Shown here piece after piece: positions 48,491-58,576 of a stretch of DNA of 64,000 bases. The notes beneath the pieces were generated by a model. The model searched no databases and was not told where the DNA came from. It saw only the letters and a list, made by a program, of their open reading frames with translations. The position numbers and the translations under genes are program-made. Position 1 is the stretch's first letter. Each line of letters starts with the position of its first letter. Source of the stretch: an uncultured Candidatus Saccharibacteria bacterium (lineage in GTDB: Bacteria; Patescibacteriota; Minisyncoccia; Phycocordibacterales; UBA9973); contig CAZUZG010000001.1 in the NCBI GenBank assembly GCA_964624665.1, positions 7,310-71,309 on the forward strand, read 5' to 3'.

Positions 48491-49035
48491 TTTTTATAAT
48501 TCACGTTAAGCTCTTTTATTAAATCATCCGTAATATCAATAGCATCATCACCATAAAGAATATTACCTGATTTGGTAACACCTAAAACAACTGTAATACC
48601 TTTGCGCTTTGCGTACTCTGAAATAAATGAGTTAACTTGATTCAGAGCTCCCTGTGTTGTATTTGCATCTTCTTCTACAGCCTGTTGTTTTAACCGCTCT
48701 TCTAACGACATTATTTCTGACTTTTCTTTTTCCAGAGCATACTCAGCATCTTCTCTATCACTTGGTTTCATTTTAGACTTAGCTTGCTCTAAATCGCTTT
48801 CATGTAACTGATAACGGGTTACCATTGAGTCTAATGTATTCTGCCAGCTATTCAATTTTGCCTGATATTTTTTACGTACTTCCTTTATCCCCTCATATCT
48901 TTCCACCAGCTCACCTGACTTAACATAAGCTATTTTGTTACTCTTAAAGCTGTTGAATAAACCAAGCCCCAAAGCAGAAACAGATATAAGCCCTATTGAT
49001 ATAATAAGAAAAAAAAGTGTTCTATTATTGCCCAT
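48487..49035 (-). CDS. OmpH/Skp-family periplasmic chaperone
   Basis: KIAYV..L...Y, coiled coil, FISEYAK..G..VVL..ILYGD..IDITDDLIKELN OmpH signature. Confidence 0.88.
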   Translation of the reverse strand: MGNNRTLFFLIISIGLISVSALGLGLFNSFKSNKIAYVKSGELVERYEGIKEVRKKYQAKLNSWQNTLDSMVTRYQLHESDLEQAKSKMKPSDREDAEYALEKEKSEIMSLEERLKQQAVEEDANTTQGALNQVNSFISEYAKRKGITVVLGVTKSGNILYGDDAIDITDDLIKELNVNYKK

Positions 49036-52000
49036 CGTTTATTATAAATTGTCCGTTAAAAGTTTCTCCGTCCACTACTAAATTAAATTTGTAAAGCCCA
49101 GGAACTACTGCATTACTTATCTTTCCATCCCAAGGAGTATTCACAGGATCGCTTGTTTGAAACACCTGTTGACTGGCTTTATTAAAAACGGTTAGCTCTG
49201 CTGTTGCAGTTGAAGGAATACCTGAAAATTGAAACTGATTGAAAGTAGTGCTGTTCGGCGTCAGAGCAAGACCATTCTTCAGATTTAGTGCATATTGAAT
49301 GCGGTCAAGTACTTTTTCGCTTGGAATTCCATCTTTGTAAAACACAAGTGTCTTGTTATTAATAATTCCATAAAGATCCGTAGATAATGGAACCAGTTGC
49401 GAGTTAAGTTCAATTCTTACATTGGAAATGGCACCAACACTGTTTATATCAAATACGAATTTTGCGGGATTGCTGGAACTCGTGGCAACAACATCTATCA
49501 CAACAGCAAATGTTGAACTTCCGGTAGGCAGGGTTGGTGTCAATTGCACATTTGTCCCAGACATATATGTTGCAGAAATTCCTGCACCTGAAACGGAGTA
49601 TTGAAATCCAGGCACCTTGGTTGTGTTTATATAAAGACCAACTGTTTGATCAACAGTAACTATTGAAGTTGCAGAACCTGTACATCCATTTGCATCGACT
49701 CCTAAAACTGTATACGTTGTCGTATTTGCCGGGTCAGCGTCAACGCTCGTTCCACTGGTTGAACTCAAACCTATTGTCGGACTCCAAGAATAGGTACTTG
49801 CTCCACCTGCAGTTAATGTAACAGAACTTCCAATTAAAATTGTTGCGGAAGAAGGGCTAACCGTGACTGTAGGTAAATTGAATTCAGTCAGCGTAATTTC
49901 ATCGCTCGAACTACAACCATTATTATCAGCAATGGTCAATGTATAAGTTATTGATGTAGTGACAATGGCAGAAGGGTTAGGAGAAGAGGCTGAATTCAAA
50001 CCTGTTCCCGGTGTCCATGTATATGAATATGGTGAAGTCCCTCCAGTGGCCGTTGGAGAGCCTCCAATTTGAACAGTACTTCCGATACACACGGATTGAT
50101 CAGAACCGGCATCAGCAGTTGGCACTGGATTAACGGTAACTAAAATATTGTCATTTGCACTACATCCAGCATTGTCGCTAACCGATAAAGTATAATTTGT
50201 GGTTATTGCCGGTGTCGCTGTGGGATTAGCGATATTTGTCACACTTAATCCTGTTGAAGGTGACCATGTGTAAGTATAAGGACCAGTTCCACCACTTGCT
50301 GATGGCGTTCCTCCAATTTGAACAGTGGCTCCCGGACACACACCAATGTTAGCACCTGCGTCAACAAGAGGTATAGGATTGACCGTTACCACCACCACGT
50401 CGGTACTGCTTTGTGCACCAATGGTAGCGGTTACTGTATATGAAGTTGTAACTGTTGGCGAAGCAACCGGGTTAGCAATATTGGTTGCACTTAAGCCTGT
50501 TGCCGGCGACCAACTATAGGAATTACCTCCGGTAGCAGCCAACTGAACACTCTGGCCTGCACAAATAGTAGAATCGGCTCCCGCATTGGCAAGAGGGGCA
50601 GCTTCGTCAGCACCGATGCAAGGTGAAGAAAAACGGGTGTCGTTATATATGTCTGTGGTAATATCACTGATGGTAACACCGGTCAATGTGGCCGGTGAAG
50701 TGCCCGGAATATCAAGGTTATTATCGCCAGTATTAACGTACTGCGGGTTGCCGCTGGCAGAATGCTCGTCGCCAAGAGTTGTTTCATCAGCATGATCCAG
50801 CGCCTGGAAGGACGCTAATGTACTGTAGTTGGTGGAATTAAACCTTGCAATACTTCCACCGTTGGGGGCATAGAATAAATTGTAATCGCAGGCATCAAAC
50901 ACAACGGCGTTACCATTGTGGATACAGGCATTGGTTGAACTGCTGCCGGTTGTATATAAAATATTATTTTTTATTTTCCAGTTAGCGCCAGATGAAAATG
51001 CAAAATATAAATTGGTTATTGAGTTATAAAACGAGTTAAAATAAATTTCACCGTTATCGGCCGTAGAAGTGGAAACATACAAGCCATAATCGTTACCACT
51101 GAAATAATTGTTATATACTTTGGAATAATCAGAGCTGGTGGTGTAATAAATACCATTGCTACCACCAATGATGCGGTTGTTATAAATAAGCGTTTTTCCA
51201 GTTGAAACGGAACCAATTCCTGCAATCCAGATACCGGCGGCTGACGCATCAGATTTTAATGCAACGGTTATCGTATTATTATATATTTTGGTGTTATCAA
51301 TTGCATGATCATAACCAAAAATACTAACTCCCCAATTCTGAGTTCCAATAACATTATTGTGTACTTTAACATTTGTAGGATAGAGATAGACAGTATTTGC
51401 CCCATTACCTATAGAATGAGTAGTTAAGAAAATTGCATCATAAGGAGCAGACGATGACATAGTTATGGTATTGCTGTCAATTTCAACTGAATCACAATCA
51501 CCCGTCAGGTAAATTCCATATCCGGTTGTAGCAGAGTTTTGAATTGTGTTATTCGTGATCCTGTTTAAATCAGCATCTAAGTTGCTGGTTCCCTCATCCC
51601 CCGAAATATGTATATTGGTATATCCCGAATGCGTAAGTTTATTTCCTGAGATGATATTGTATCTCGATTCATTAATCATCAGGTTGTTCTTAGTACTCTG
51701 AGTACTATTTAATGTAAAGCCTTGAATACGGATATAATCCGGTTGATTAAGGTTTATATTATGTCCTCCTGAAGGTGCTGCCAGTATTGCAACATCAATT
51801 CCCGCTCCATACAAGGTAACATAACCTGAGGAACTACCACCATCGACATAGTTAATTACAACTTCCTCGGTATAATTTCCTTTATCAACAAAAATAGTAT
51901 CACATGCGCCTAAATCATAAGTAGCTAAAACATCGCTAATACTGGCTTTAGGTTTTGAAGCACTGCGACCATCGTTCGATGAACTACCAACGGCTGAACA

Positions 52001-54838
52001 AAATACATCGCCGCTTGAGATGTTATCGTTTACATAATAATTATTGCTGGTAACATAATAGGCCGATGCCGAGTTAGCGGTGCAACTGCCATTGCTTAAA
52101 ACAGCCCTGAAATAAGTAGAAGAATTAACCTGAGTGGTGCAAGGCAAGCTTGTTCCCGAAGGCAGATCGGCATAGGTAATATTATCGCTTGAATATTGCC
52201 ATTTTACAAATGTGCTCAGGGTACGTTCCAAATTAAACTGCATATTCAATACAGCCGTAAGGCGTGCACAGTTGGTACAGGTTGAAGGGAAACTGGCATC
52301 TTTGTAATCTCTTCTTAAACGCGCATCGGCATAACCCGAGGTGTATCGGAATAGTGGGTAACCTGTAGCATAAGTACCATCGCGGTTCTCAAATAAAAAT
52401 TCCAGGTTGTCTGTTCCGTTATAACTGAAAGGTGTGCTAAGGGTAATTTCTTTCCAGCCACTACCATTGTAGGTGATACTGCCATCGTATACCAGGGTAA
52501 ACCCTGATGTTCCGGGATAATTATTGTCGCTATACGAACCGCTGCTTGTATGACGGACATAAATTTTCTGGCTATTCATCGTATAGTTTGAAGGAGCATT
52601 GTCTACATAAAACGATACTTTGTTTAATGTACCCGCTGCACCCAGTTCGCTTTGCAGGTAAAGTGCATTCGACCAGCTGAAATCATAAAAACCATTGAAT
52701 GGATAACGCTCGGAAGCGAGTGTTCCGTTGCCTATTGTTGATGTAGAATTTCCGCTAAGGGAAAGAATAGCCTGGCTGTTTGAACAGGGATCGCTGCTAC
52801 CGTTGGCAACAGCAGTTCCCGCATTAACCGTACCAACACTCACAGAAACAGTAGCGGTGGAAGAACAACCATTGCTTGTCCCAGTGACTGTGTACGTAGT
52901 ATTGGTAGTTGGTGTAGCCGTAACGGTTGCTCCTGTGGTTGCACTTAAACCCGTTGCAGGCGACCAGCTATAAGTTGAAGCGGCACTCGCCGTTAAACTA
53001 ACACCGGTTCCATTACATACTGTTGCGGAGGAAGGAGAGATACTAACAGAAGGTATTGCATTAACCGTTACTGTTACCATTTGTGTATTTACGCAACCTG
53101 AAGCATCTGTTCCGGTTACCGTATAAATGGTGGTGCTTGTCGGGGAGGCGATAACCGTTGCTACGGTTGTGGCACTTAATCCTGTTGAAGGACTCCATGA
53201 GTATGTACTTGCCCCGATTGCTGTTAAGGAAACATTACTCCCTTCACAAATAGCGGGTGCCGATGGACTAACTGTTATTGACGGCAAGGCATTAACCGTT
53301 ACTGTAACTGTTTGGCTTTGTGAGCAACTGTTGGCATCGGTACCAGTTACTGTATAGGTTGTTGTGGTAGCTGGTGATGCCGATACACTTGCCCCAGTTG
53401 TTGCACTTAAACCTGTGGTGGGAGACCAGCTATAAGCGGAAGCCCCTGATGCCGTTAAAGAGGTATTTGCTCCATTGCATATAGTGGACGAAGTCGGACT
53501 TACGCTTACCGTTGGAAGGGAATTAACTGTAACCGTAACCGTTTGTGTATTTACACATCCGGCGGCACTTGTTCCTGTGATGGTGTAAGTAGTGGCAGAG
53601 GAAGGATTGGCTGTTACCGTTGTTCCGGTTGTTGCACTTAATCCTGTTGAAGGACTCCATGAATAGGTACTTGCACCACTGGCGGTGATGGACACATTTC
53701 CTCCGGCACAAAGTGATGGTGAAGATGGACTCGCTGTAATGGTGGGAAAAGAATTAACGGTTACGGTAACGTTTTTGGTATTGACACAGCCATTGGCATC
53801 TGTACCGGTAATGGTATAAGTACTGGTTGATGAAGGATCGGCTGTAACCGTGGCACCAGTAGTGGCGCTCAGTCCTGAAGAAGGGCTCCATGAGTATGTG
53901 CTTGCTCCGCTGGCTGTTATGGAAATGTTTCCTCCGGTACAATACGATGGCGATACAGGATTGGTTATAATAACCGGCAAGGCATTAACCGTTACTGTTA
54001 TTGTTTTGCTTTGGGAACAGTTGTCGCCATCTACTCCTGTTACTGTGTATGTAGTGGTAGTTGTTGGATTGGCAGTAACTGTTGCTCCTGTTGTTGCGTT
54101 TAAGCCTGTTGAAGGGCTCCATGAATAGGTGTTGTTGCCACTGGCTGTAATACTTACATTGCTCCCGTTACAAATGGTTGAACTTGTTGGGTTGAGGCTC
54201 AGAGTACTGTTGCAGCCCATTGTTAATTGTATATTAAGTGCTGCCGTTAAGCGTGCGCAATTGGTGCAGGTGGATGGGAAACTGGCATCTTTGTAGTCGC
54301 GGCGCAAGCGGTAGGTTGAATAGCCGGAAGTGTATTTGAAAGTTGGATAGCCTGTTGCATACGAACCATCGCGGTTCTCAAATAAAAATTCCAGGTTGTC
54401 TGTTCCGTTATAATTAAAAGCGGTGGTAAGCGTTACTTCTTTCCAACCGCTGCCGTTATAAGTGATGCTGCCATCGTAAACTAAAGTAAAACCTGAGGTG
54501 CCCGGATAGGTGGCATCTGAAAATCCTGTTGAGGTGGTATGACGAACATAAATTTTCTGGCTGTTCATCGTATAATTGGATGGCGTATTGGTAACATAAA
54601 AAGCTACTTTGGTAAGCGTGGCTGCTCCACCGATTTCGCTTTGCAGGTAAAGAGCATTTCCCCAACTATAGTCATAGAAACCATTGAAGGGGTATCTTTC
54701 CGAATATATTGAGGAGTTTACATCTCCAATAGTAATTGTTGTTTGTGCGGATACTTTATTATTACTAAACAATAAAACCCCACATAACACTATTAAAAAT
54801 GTTCGGTGGAATATCCCAAAGACATTGGCCTTATTCAT
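49025..54838 (-). CDS. large surface adhesin: duplicated N-domain, PKD/Ig-like repeats, beta-helix, T9SS type B-like C-terminal domain
   Basis: Signal peptide; ~80-aa YSWSP.TGL..TYTVTG..GC repeats; YYVND..GSSSNDG + parallel beta-helix; LTPN..N.F..LTVFN..VF..WDGK..PGLY C-terminus. Confidence 0.85.
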   Translation of the reverse strand: MNKANVFGIFHRTFLIVLCGVLLFSNNKVSAQTTITIGDVNSSIYSERYPFNGFYDYSWGNALYLQSEIGGAATLTKVAFYVTNTPSNYTMNSQKIYVRHTTSTGFSDATYPGTSGFTLVYDGSITYNGSGWKEVTLTTAFNYNGTDNLEFLFENRDGSYATGYPTFKYTSGYSTYRLRRDYKDASFPSTCTNCARLTAALNIQLTMGCNSTLSLNPTSSTICNGSNVSITASGNNTYSWSPSTGLNATTGATVTANPTTTTTYTVTGVDGDNCSQSKTITVTVNALPVIITNPVSPSYCTGGNISITASGASTYSWSPSSGLSATTGATVTADPSSTSTYTITGTDANGCVNTKNVTVTVNSFPTITASPSSPSLCAGGNVSITASGASTYSWSPSTGLSATTGTTVTANPSSATTYTITGTSAAGCVNTQTVTVTVNSLPTVSVSPTSSTICNGANTSLTASGASAYSWSPTTGLSATTGASVSASPATTTTYTVTGTDANSCSQSQTVTVTVNALPSITVSPSAPAICEGSNVSLTAIGASTYSWSPSTGLSATTVATVIASPTSTTIYTVTGTDASGCVNTQMVTVTVNAIPSVSISPSSATVCNGTGVSLTASAASTYSWSPATGLSATTGATVTATPTTNTTYTVTGTSNGCSSTATVSVSVGTVNAGTAVANGSSDPCSNSQAILSLSGNSTSTIGNGTLASERYPFNGFYDFSWSNALYLQSELGAAGTLNKVSFYVDNAPSNYTMNSQKIYVRHTSSGSYSDNNYPGTSGFTLVYDGSITYNGSGWKEITLSTPFSYNGTDNLEFLFENRDGTYATGYPLFRYTSGYADARLRRDYKDASFPSTCTNCARLTAVLNMQFNLERTLSTFVKWQYSSDNITYADLPSGTSLPCTTQVNSSTYFRAVLSNGSCTANSASAYYVTSNNYYVNDNISSGDVFCSAVGSSSNDGRSASKPKASISDVLATYDLGACDTIFVDKGNYTEEVVINYVDGGSSSGYVTLYGAGIDVAILAAPSGGHNINLNQPDYIRIQGFTLNSTQSTKNNLMINESRYNIISGNKLTHSGYTNIHISGDEGTSNLDADLNRITNNTIQNSATTGYGIYLTGDCDSVEIDSNTITMSSSAPYDAIFLTTHSIGNGANTVYLYPTNVKVHNNVIGTQNWGVSIFGYDHAIDNTKIYNNTITVALKSDASAAGIWIAGIGSVSTGKTLIYNNRIIGGSNGIYYTTSSDYSKVYNNYFSGNDYGLYVSTSTADNGEIYFNSFYNSITNLYFAFSSGANWKIKNNILYTTGSSSTNACIHNGNAVVFDACDYNLFYAPNGGSIARFNSTNYSTLASFQALDHADETTLGDEHSASGNPQYVNTGDNNLDIPGTSPATLTGVTISDITTDIYNDTRFSSPCIGADEAAPLANAGADSTICAGQSVQLAATGGNSYSWSPATGLSATNIANPVASPTVTTSYTVTATIGAQSSTDVVVVTVNPIPLVDAGANIGVCPGATVQIGGTPSASGGTGPYTYTWSPSTGLSVTNIANPTATPAITTNYTLSVSDNAGCSANDNILVTVNPVPTADAGSDQSVCIGSTVQIGGSPTATGGTSPYSYTWTPGTGLNSASSPNPSAIVTTSITYTLTIADNNGCSSSDEITLTEFNLPTVTVSPSSATILIGSSVTLTAGGASTYSWSPTIGLSSTSGTSVDADPANTTTYTVLGVDANGCTGSATSIVTVDQTVGLYINTTKVPGFQYSVSGAGISATYMSGTNVQLTPTLPTGSSTFAVVIDVVATSSSNPAKFVFDINSVGAISNVRIELNSQLVPLSTDLYGIINNKTLVFYKDGIPSEKVLDRIQYALNLKNGLALTPNSTTFNQFQFSGIPSTATAELTVFNKASQQVFQTSDPVNTPWDGKISNAVVPGLYKFNLVVDGETFNGQFIINDGQ

Positions 54839-54864
54839 AAAATGCTCTTTTAATATTTTTTAAA

Positions 54865-55245
54865 CTATTCAGTGTCCGGATCGCGCTGATATTTACAATC
54901 GGCGGATAAAGCATCGTAAGCCCCATTTTTTGCCCTGATATCAGAAGTGTCGTAACCCGCAAGCGCAAAGAAAGAGTGGATATCAGACAATGGAATGGCA
55001 GCAGGAATAAATTTTATAGTAACCTGTTTAGTACCTGAATCCCAGATAACCGATAATACACCGGCTTTTCCGGTTAAAACAGATTCAATATTTGCTTTAC
55101 AGGCAGTGGTTCCGTTCACTTTAAATGATACGGTTACAGTATCGCTTTCTTCCATACCAAGACTGGCCGAAACAAAGGTGTTAGCTTTGGAAATGCCTGT
55201 ATTTAAGATGCTAAAAAGAAAAATATTGATTAAAAATGTCTTCAT
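54865..55245 (-). CDS. exported HMA-like domain protein
   Basis: SFKVNG..ACKANIE..GV.SV.WD..TK..AGYD..AY..L..CKY Bacteroidota HMA pattern; first Cys of CxxC absent (TTAC). Confidence 0.75.
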   Translation of the reverse strand: MKTFLINIFLFSILNTGISKANTFVSASLGMEESDTVTVSFKVNGTTACKANIESVLTGKAGVLSVIWDSGTKQVTIKFIPAAIPLSDIHSFFALAGYDTSDIRAKNGAYDALSADCKYQRDPDTE

Positions 55246-55886
55246 GTGTTTTTTTAAATAAATTTTAACAATAGTAGTATAAATTCCTTTTTTCGCAAAA
55301 TATTGTTAATTACTTTTTACTAAATTTAATAATGAATTGATAATCAGGTAATAATTTATTAATGATACTTAAGAATTAAGTTAATTTTAAGTTCTTATTT
55401 ATTTAGATTGTCTATTTCACATAAATTTCATGTTGATTAAATATTAGTTTGATTAACCAATATTTAATAATAAAGGTCAATATTATCATTTATTAAAATT
55501 TCAATTTCATTCGGTTTATAATTGGATACTAAGAGTTTATAGTTGGTTCTCCTGGGTTTATAATTGGCTCTTTTTTCCAGCACAATCTTATTTGCATTCT
55601 TTCAACACTTGCATTAATTTTTGTCTGGAGTTATCCTGCACACGGAAAAAGTTCATTCACAAAAGCCTTATGCATGGAAACAACAGAAGAAAAATCAGCC
55701 CGGCAAAAACACGAAAACGAATCTTAACGGTATCTGCCGGAAGCAAGGACGGCACTGACCGCTATTACTTCCTTTTTGTCTGGCTTCACGGGAAATACTT
55801 TCTCAAGTTTTGTAAATTTAGTAGTCAAAAAAAATTATGCCTTAAATCACTCGTCATGAAAAGCAAAAAAATGAAACCATTTTTTG

Positions 55887-57854
55887 TTATTTAACCCTCA
55901 CAACCATTATCTCCACCCTCCGATTTTTCTCAAACTCTTCATCGCTATTGGCTCTGGGGTAAAGCTGTTCCTTGTCGCCAAGGCCGACATAAGACAGTCT
56001 ATCTTTCTCAATATTTTTAGATATAAGAATGTTATAGACAGTTTGAGCTCTTAGTTCAGACAGATGTTGATGATTCGGATTATTGCACAGTCCTCCGTTA
56101 AACGGATGATTTACATGGCCTTGTATTTGTATAATCATCTTCGGATTCTTCTTCATTAATTTGCATAATGAAATAACAGACGGATAAGATGTTCGCAGAA
56201 GTTCAGGAGAGTCAGGTTGAAAATTAATGTTTCCTAAGGTATATTTTCCACCTTTTTTCAGTTTCGGTAAAATCGTTTTGATGTTAGCCAGCTCCTTGTT
56301 TTTTGCGTCTGATTCGGAAACTTTAAATTCTTTAGTGGAAACAAAAAAATTGTCATTCATGATATTGATCGTGTAAGACCTGCCTTGCATCAAATCAGCT
56401 GAGAACATATACTTCCCGGTCATTGGGTTGCTCCTGATCTTCTTAATCTCATGCCGTTCATCCTCGACTGTTATCTCGGCTTCAATCGGTTTGTTTTCAT
56501 CGTTTAATACCGTTCCGCTAAATTCTACTTTTTTTCGATAGCCGAAAATCAATTCAACCCTGCGATTTTGTTCATGCTCGCTTTCCGAACATTCAACGCT
56601 ATCCTTGCAACGATTGAGCAATTGCGACTCCCCTTTGCCGTAACCAGTTAATCTTCCTTTTTGAATTCCATTTTTGTTTAGGTGGTTGATAATAGATTGA
56701 ACTCTTTTATTTGATAAAATCAGGTTTGCCTGCTCTCCCCCTTTTGAATCGGTATGGCCGATAAGCTCAAGGTGTATTTTGGGATTTGCTTTCATATATG
56801 AAACAACGCTTTCCAATTCCCCCTTTGCCTTTTCTGAAATATCATAATTGCTATTGGCAAAGGAAATACGTTTTACAAGAGTCGTTGAAGTTGCAGGGTT
56901 TGGGGGCGATTTAGCCAGCTTCAATACCGGATCAGCTTCTTCTGTTAGTTCCAGCTTTACGATATCAGCCGGCAATATTGAAAACATGAAATCACCTTTC
57001 GCATTTCTCTTTATTTCTCTTACAACCTTACCCGTCTGCCTGGCTAAGAATAGCTTTTGGTCTTTTTCCAGCTTTGCGTCAATTTTAAGATTTAATTCGC
57101 TTTTATCTTTTACGCTGAGTGAAAAGTCGCCCCATTGGTCGGTAACGGTTGATTCGATGATTTTCCCGTCTTTGTCCAGAGATTTAACGGGGATAGATTT
57201 GCCATTGGATCGTTCCTGATTACTGCTTTCAATTATCAGCCTTGCAAATAGATGCTTGGGTTTTTCTGTTGGAACTGTTGAAATGGTTTGAATTGTCGGT
57301 CGGCCGGAGACAATCAGGAATTGCGTGTCTTCAAGTTTTTCAAGCTTGGGTCTTGTTGCCCATGGTTCTCTTTTTTCTACAAGTATGTCAGATAATTGGA
57401 AGCAAGCACTCTTTTCTTTAATCGCTTTTTGGTATAGGTAGGAGAAAGCCGTTTCTAAAGGCATATATCCTTCTTCGGCGGAATCACGTAATAATTGAAT
57501 ATAATTGCTCTTTACCGAATTATTTATCCCCTTTTTTTGCCGGCTTTCGTCTTCATAGTAAATATGCCGGATTTTTCCTTTGCTATCCTCGAAATAGAGA
57601 TAAAAGTTAAGCACCGAGATTTTTACGGGCGTTTTGCTAAACCGTTTTTCTATTTTAATTAAAGAGTCGATATCCAAAATTTCGTAATTGCCCGGATTGA
57701 TATATATGAAGTTCTGCTTTATCTCGGCATTACCTTTTATATTCTTAGCGGTGATTTTGTATTGTGGTTGGTATTGGGTTTGTCCGCTTGCTTCGTTTAA
57801 AGGCGCGATTAGTATTGGAATAAGCAATAATATTGAGATCGTAATTTTTTTCAT
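55887..57854 (-). CDS. OmpA-family protein with two peptidoglycan-binding domains
   Basis: GHTDSKG..N..LSNKR..G.GESQL..NRRVE and GHVN..LSELRA..GLGD..NRRVEI; signal peptide. Confidence 0.88.
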   Translation of the reverse strand: MKKITISILLLIPILIAPLNEASGQTQYQPQYKITAKNIKGNAEIKQNFIYINPGNYEILDIDSLIKIEKRFSKTPVKISVLNFYLYFEDSKGKIRHIYYEDESRQKKGINNSVKSNYIQLLRDSAEEGYMPLETAFSYLYQKAIKEKSACFQLSDILVEKREPWATRPKLEKLEDTQFLIVSGRPTIQTISTVPTEKPKHLFARLIIESSNQERSNGKSIPVKSLDKDGKIIESTVTDQWGDFSLSVKDKSELNLKIDAKLEKDQKLFLARQTGKVVREIKRNAKGDFMFSILPADIVKLELTEEADPVLKLAKSPPNPATSTTLVKRISFANSNYDISEKAKGELESVVSYMKANPKIHLELIGHTDSKGGEQANLILSNKRVQSIINHLNKNGIQKGRLTGYGKGESQLLNRCKDSVECSESEHEQNRRVELIFGYRKKVEFSGTVLNDENKPIEAEITVEDERHEIKKIRSNPMTGKYMFSADLMQGRSYTINIMNDNFFVSTKEFKVSESDAKNKELANIKTILPKLKKGGKYTLGNINFQPDSPELLRTSYPSVISLCKLMKKNPKMIIQIQGHVNHPFNGGLCNNPNHQHLSELRAQTVYNILISKNIEKDRLSYVGLGDKEQLYPRANSDEEFEKNRRVEIMVVRVK

Positions 57855-57876
57855 GGCTGTTTTTTTAATTACTCAA

Positions 57877-58160
57877 TTACAATTTTTTCATGATAATTCT
57901 TTTTCCAACCACATGAACCGAGTAAATTCTTGCCGGAACATTGTCAGAATAGGAAGCTTCCCCGTTCCTCCACTCTGGCGCATGATATGAAATCGAATTG
58001 GGATTGATGTGACCGATTGGAATTGTCGGGCAAATTGTACAAACGCCTGATAGCTGAAATTTGAGTCCTTACTACTTACTGTTCCGCAAGGCAAAGTCTG
58101 AGTCTTTCCAATTGTTTGAAACAAAAGGAAGACTCCTAAGATGAGTAAATAATTCTTCAT
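57877..58160 (-). pseudogene. collapsed secreted-protein gene (M43-peptidase-like start, T9SS-CTD-like end)
   Basis: Signal peptide, PCGT, IPIRFHIMRQSGGTG; another frame then reads SDNVPARIYSVHV..KKL stop. Confidence 0.4.
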
Positions 58161-58274
58161 GATTTTATTTTTGATAATCAAAAGTACAAAATAACTCTTA
58201 ATATGGAGCAATTAAATATGGAGTAACGTAATTTAAAGGCTTTCTATTGATTTGCTCTACAAAAAGAGTGTTTT

Positions 58275-58544
58275 ATGGCAAAGAAAATAGCTAAGGCTGT
58301 TAAAAAGAAAAATGTCGAATCCGGCGAAACCGAATACCTGAAGAAAGTCGGAGAAAGATTGAAGTATTATAGAAAGAAGGCCGGTTATACCAGCTATGAA
58401 TACTTTGCCTATGAACACGGATTTAGCAGGCCACAATACGGTAAATATGAGGCTGGTGCAAATATTCAATTAAATACTTTAATGAAGATACTGAGAGCTC
58501 TTAATGTCACCCTTGAAGAGTTTTTTAAAGGGTTTAATTACTAA
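58275..58544 (+). CDS. XRE-family HTH regulator
   Basis: VGERLKYYRKKAGYTSYEYFA..SRPQYGKYEAGANI..TL.KI..L.VTLEEFF. Confidence 0.88.
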   Translation: MAKKIAKAVKKKNVESGETEYLKKVGERLKYYRKKAGYTSYEYFAYEHGFSRPQYGKYEAGANIQLNTLMKILRALNVTLEEFFKGFNY

Positions 58545-58576
58545 ATTGATGTTATAAGCTTAAGAATACAAACTTC

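Noticed and set aside
49422-54665. Many short ORFs within the adhesin gene; repeats as a possible DGR
   Set aside because: Shadows of Thr/Val-rich repeats; differences between copies are not adenine-specific and no reverse transcriptase is present.
55592-55894. Possible degenerate second SymE (RILTVS..WLHGKYF)
   Set aside because: Resemblance is brief and the GF..G motif is missing; not supportable without a profile search.
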